A stretch of 64,000 bases of DNA, taken from contig NZ_CAUPII010000003.1 in assembly GCF_963511325.1 (NCBI RefSeq), positions 30,678 through 94,677 of the forward strand. The letters run 5' to 3'. Source of the DNA: an uncultured Streptococcus sp. GTDB taxonomy: Bacteria > Bacillota > Bacilli > Lactobacillales > Streptococcaceae. Position 1 is the first letter of the stretch, and every line of letters begins with the position of its first letter. A program made the position numbers and the translations under genes. The notes under the pieces are model-generated. The model saw only the letters and a program-made list of their open reading frames with translations, was not told where the DNA came from and searched no databases. Of this stretch, positions 62,278-64,000 are shown piece by piece.

Positions 62278-63495
62278 CTAAAATTTCCATTCTTCTTGTA
62301 TTTCTAAAAATGCAGCCCTCAGCTCCTCTATTGCTTTGTACCTCAAATTATGATTAGAATTCAAGCCTTTTTCCATAAATTCTTTTAGTTTTGGAAAATC
62401 AAATTTATTCATATTTTTATATCTTCCAGTTAAAACAAAATAAATTAATTTCGAGAGTGCGTAATATTCGTATTGCTTGTTGTAATTTTTAAACCCTTCT
62501 GTACTTAAACTAGATACATCATTAAAATATCCACGAACTTCTGTTTCTAATGATGTCAGCTGGCTATCAACTGTTTTAACTAATCCAAAGTCAGCAATTT
62601 TTACGACAACCTCATCTTGATATTTTTTGAGTAAAACATTTTTGGGACTAATATCTCTATGCAAAACCCCAATTCTGTCAAACACTTCAAAAGCCCTAAT
62701 TATTTGTAAACAGAGCTTTCTACGTATCATAAAATTGAGCTTCTGATTATTCTTCAAAATAAAATCATATAATGAAAAATCTGCGAACTCCATGAAGTAT
62801 TCATTTTTATTTTTATCTAAACGATAAACTTCTAATACATAAGGAGAATTTATGGATTTCATAACTTCATACTCTTTATAAAATCTCTCCAACTCTTTAG
62901 CATCTAAATCAGTCCTAGCTCTTTTCACAACAAAATATTTATCATAGAAATCATCAAAGTATTTAAAAACCTGAGCATACGACCCTTCACCAATAGGAAA
63001 CAATTTAAAACCAGATTCAACTCCACCACTTTTTTTATTAATAGTATCTCCAATAAAAAATATAGGTAGTTCGTATTTAATTTCATTTTGCTCCATATCT
63101 GTAGGAATAGAACTTCCATTATACTCCATAAGGAATTGATTACATTTTTGAAATATTTCACCATATTCTTTATCAACTGTAAAACCAATATTCTTTAATT
63201 CCGAAATCTTTGATAACCTATCCACAATGTTGATACAAGCCAGCAATTTCCTACTTGAATCCGCCAAATAGTAAAAATTTTCCTGCTTCATTCTAGAGTT
63301 CATTTCACGCAAAAGTAGATTTACATGGTAATGAATACTTGATAATAGCAAAGAAAGACGTTCTCCAAAATCTTCTTGATATAGATACTGATTGTCTGAT
63401 TGAAATCCATTTGAAAATGTCTCAATAAAATCAACTTCTATTGATTTTATTTTATTAGATAACTCTGCAGTCATATTTCCATCAATTATGCTCAT
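62278..63495 (-). CDS. Cytoplasmic Hanks-type Ser/Thr protein kinase with an uncharacterised N-terminal domain
   Basis: IGEGSYAQV, VVKR, FYKE, HRDISPKN and IADFG. No TM or PASTA domain. Confidence 0.88.
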   Translation of the reverse strand: MSIIDGNMTAELSNKIKSIEVDFIETFSNGFQSDNQYLYQEDFGERLSLLLSSIHYHVNLLLREMNSRMKQENFYYLADSSRKLLACINIVDRLSKISELKNIGFTVDKEYGEIFQKCNQFLMEYNGSSIPTDMEQNEIKYELPIFFIGDTINKKSGGVESGFKLFPIGEGSYAQVFKYFDDFYDKYFVVKRARTDLDAKELERFYKEYEVMKSINSPYVLEVYRLDKNKNEYFMEFADFSLYDFILKNNQKLNFMIRRKLCLQIIRAFEVFDRIGVLHRDISPKNVLLKKYQDEVVVKIADFGLVKTVDSQLTSLETEVRGYFNDVSSLSTEGFKNYNKQYEYYALSKLIYFVLTGRYKNMNKFDFPKLKEFMEKGLNSNHNLRYKAIEELRAAFLEIQEEWKF

Positions 63496-63606
63496 GATAC
63501 ACCATTTCCTTACTACATGTTACTAAAACCAAGCACCTTAATATTGCTTACATAAGGTGATAGTTCTTTGTCATAAACCTATTATAATATTTTTCTTTTT
63601 TATATT

Positions 63607-63711
63607 CTACTTATCCATATCTCTCAGCGCATACTCGCATGCTTGAATGACAAAGCTTGAAAAAGTTACACCCTTGTCTTGTATTGCTTTCTCAATTTCT
63701 TCAATCAGTAG
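63607..63711 (-). pseudogene. 5'-truncated small ribbon-helix-helix-like protein
   Basis: Reads LLIEEIEKAIQDKGVTFSSFVIQACEYALRDMDK*, with no start codon. Confidence 0.5.
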
Positions 63712-64000
63712 AATTAAAGCTAATAAAAAACTAGCTCTCAAAGAAAGTAAAAAGTTTGAAGAATTAGCATTAAATGAGGAGTAACTTAAACAATGGCTAC
63801 AAGCATTTGATGAAGATCTAAAAAATGATCGAATGGAATTAAAAGATTATGCTTTGTTCTATACGACATTCTTTTTATCATATAGAAAATCAGAAACCTA
63901 TGCTCTCCAATGGAAACATATCAATTATAAAAAAAATGAAATTCTCATTGAACAAACATTAGACAAATTCGGGAATCTGAAATCAACCAAAGGAAATAAG
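63707..64000 (+). pseudogene. Tyrosine integrase fragment with an in-frame stop (runs off the window)
   Basis: SRIKANKKL...NEE*LKQWL...FFLSYRKSETYALQWKHI...LDKFGNLKSTKGNK (RxxE box I). TAA at 63782-63784, and the N-terminus is missing. Confidence 0.75.

Overview
Mitis-group Streptococcus chromosome window, judged from gene content, pneumococcus-like synteny and a RUP-like repeat. From left to right: (1) The 5' part of a YSIRK/N-terminal-LPxTG surface protein with G5 repeats, then typA. (2) A ~14.5 kb polymorphic-toxin locus between typA and rsuA: class B sortase, multi-TM membrane protein, 3.1-kaa Sec-signal Rhs/WapA-like toxin with a barnase-like RNase tip, SUKH-like immunity gene, an orphan Rhs-CT cassette (ParB-like tip) with its own immunity gene, and further rhs debris. 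(3) Housekeeping genes: rsuA, pdxK, truA, prepilin peptidase, a trp operon with two trpB copies each region led by a Trp T-box, a teichoic-acid-type aminotransferase and phosphoglycosyl transferase, a heterodimeric ABC exporter, exoA, galRKT, adh-czcD-sczA and an osmoprotectant ABC system. (4) From ~52.4 kb, a stack of accreted islands delimited by degenerate copies of the rpsI 3' end. These carry an ABC-2 exporter, a malolactic locus, and a Ser/Thr kinase plus DUF3800-like pair next to a decayed tyrosine integrase. The best novelty candidates are the sortase-B-linked Rhs toxin operon and the kinase/DUF3800-like pair. All family calls come from motif recognition by eye, not from database searches.
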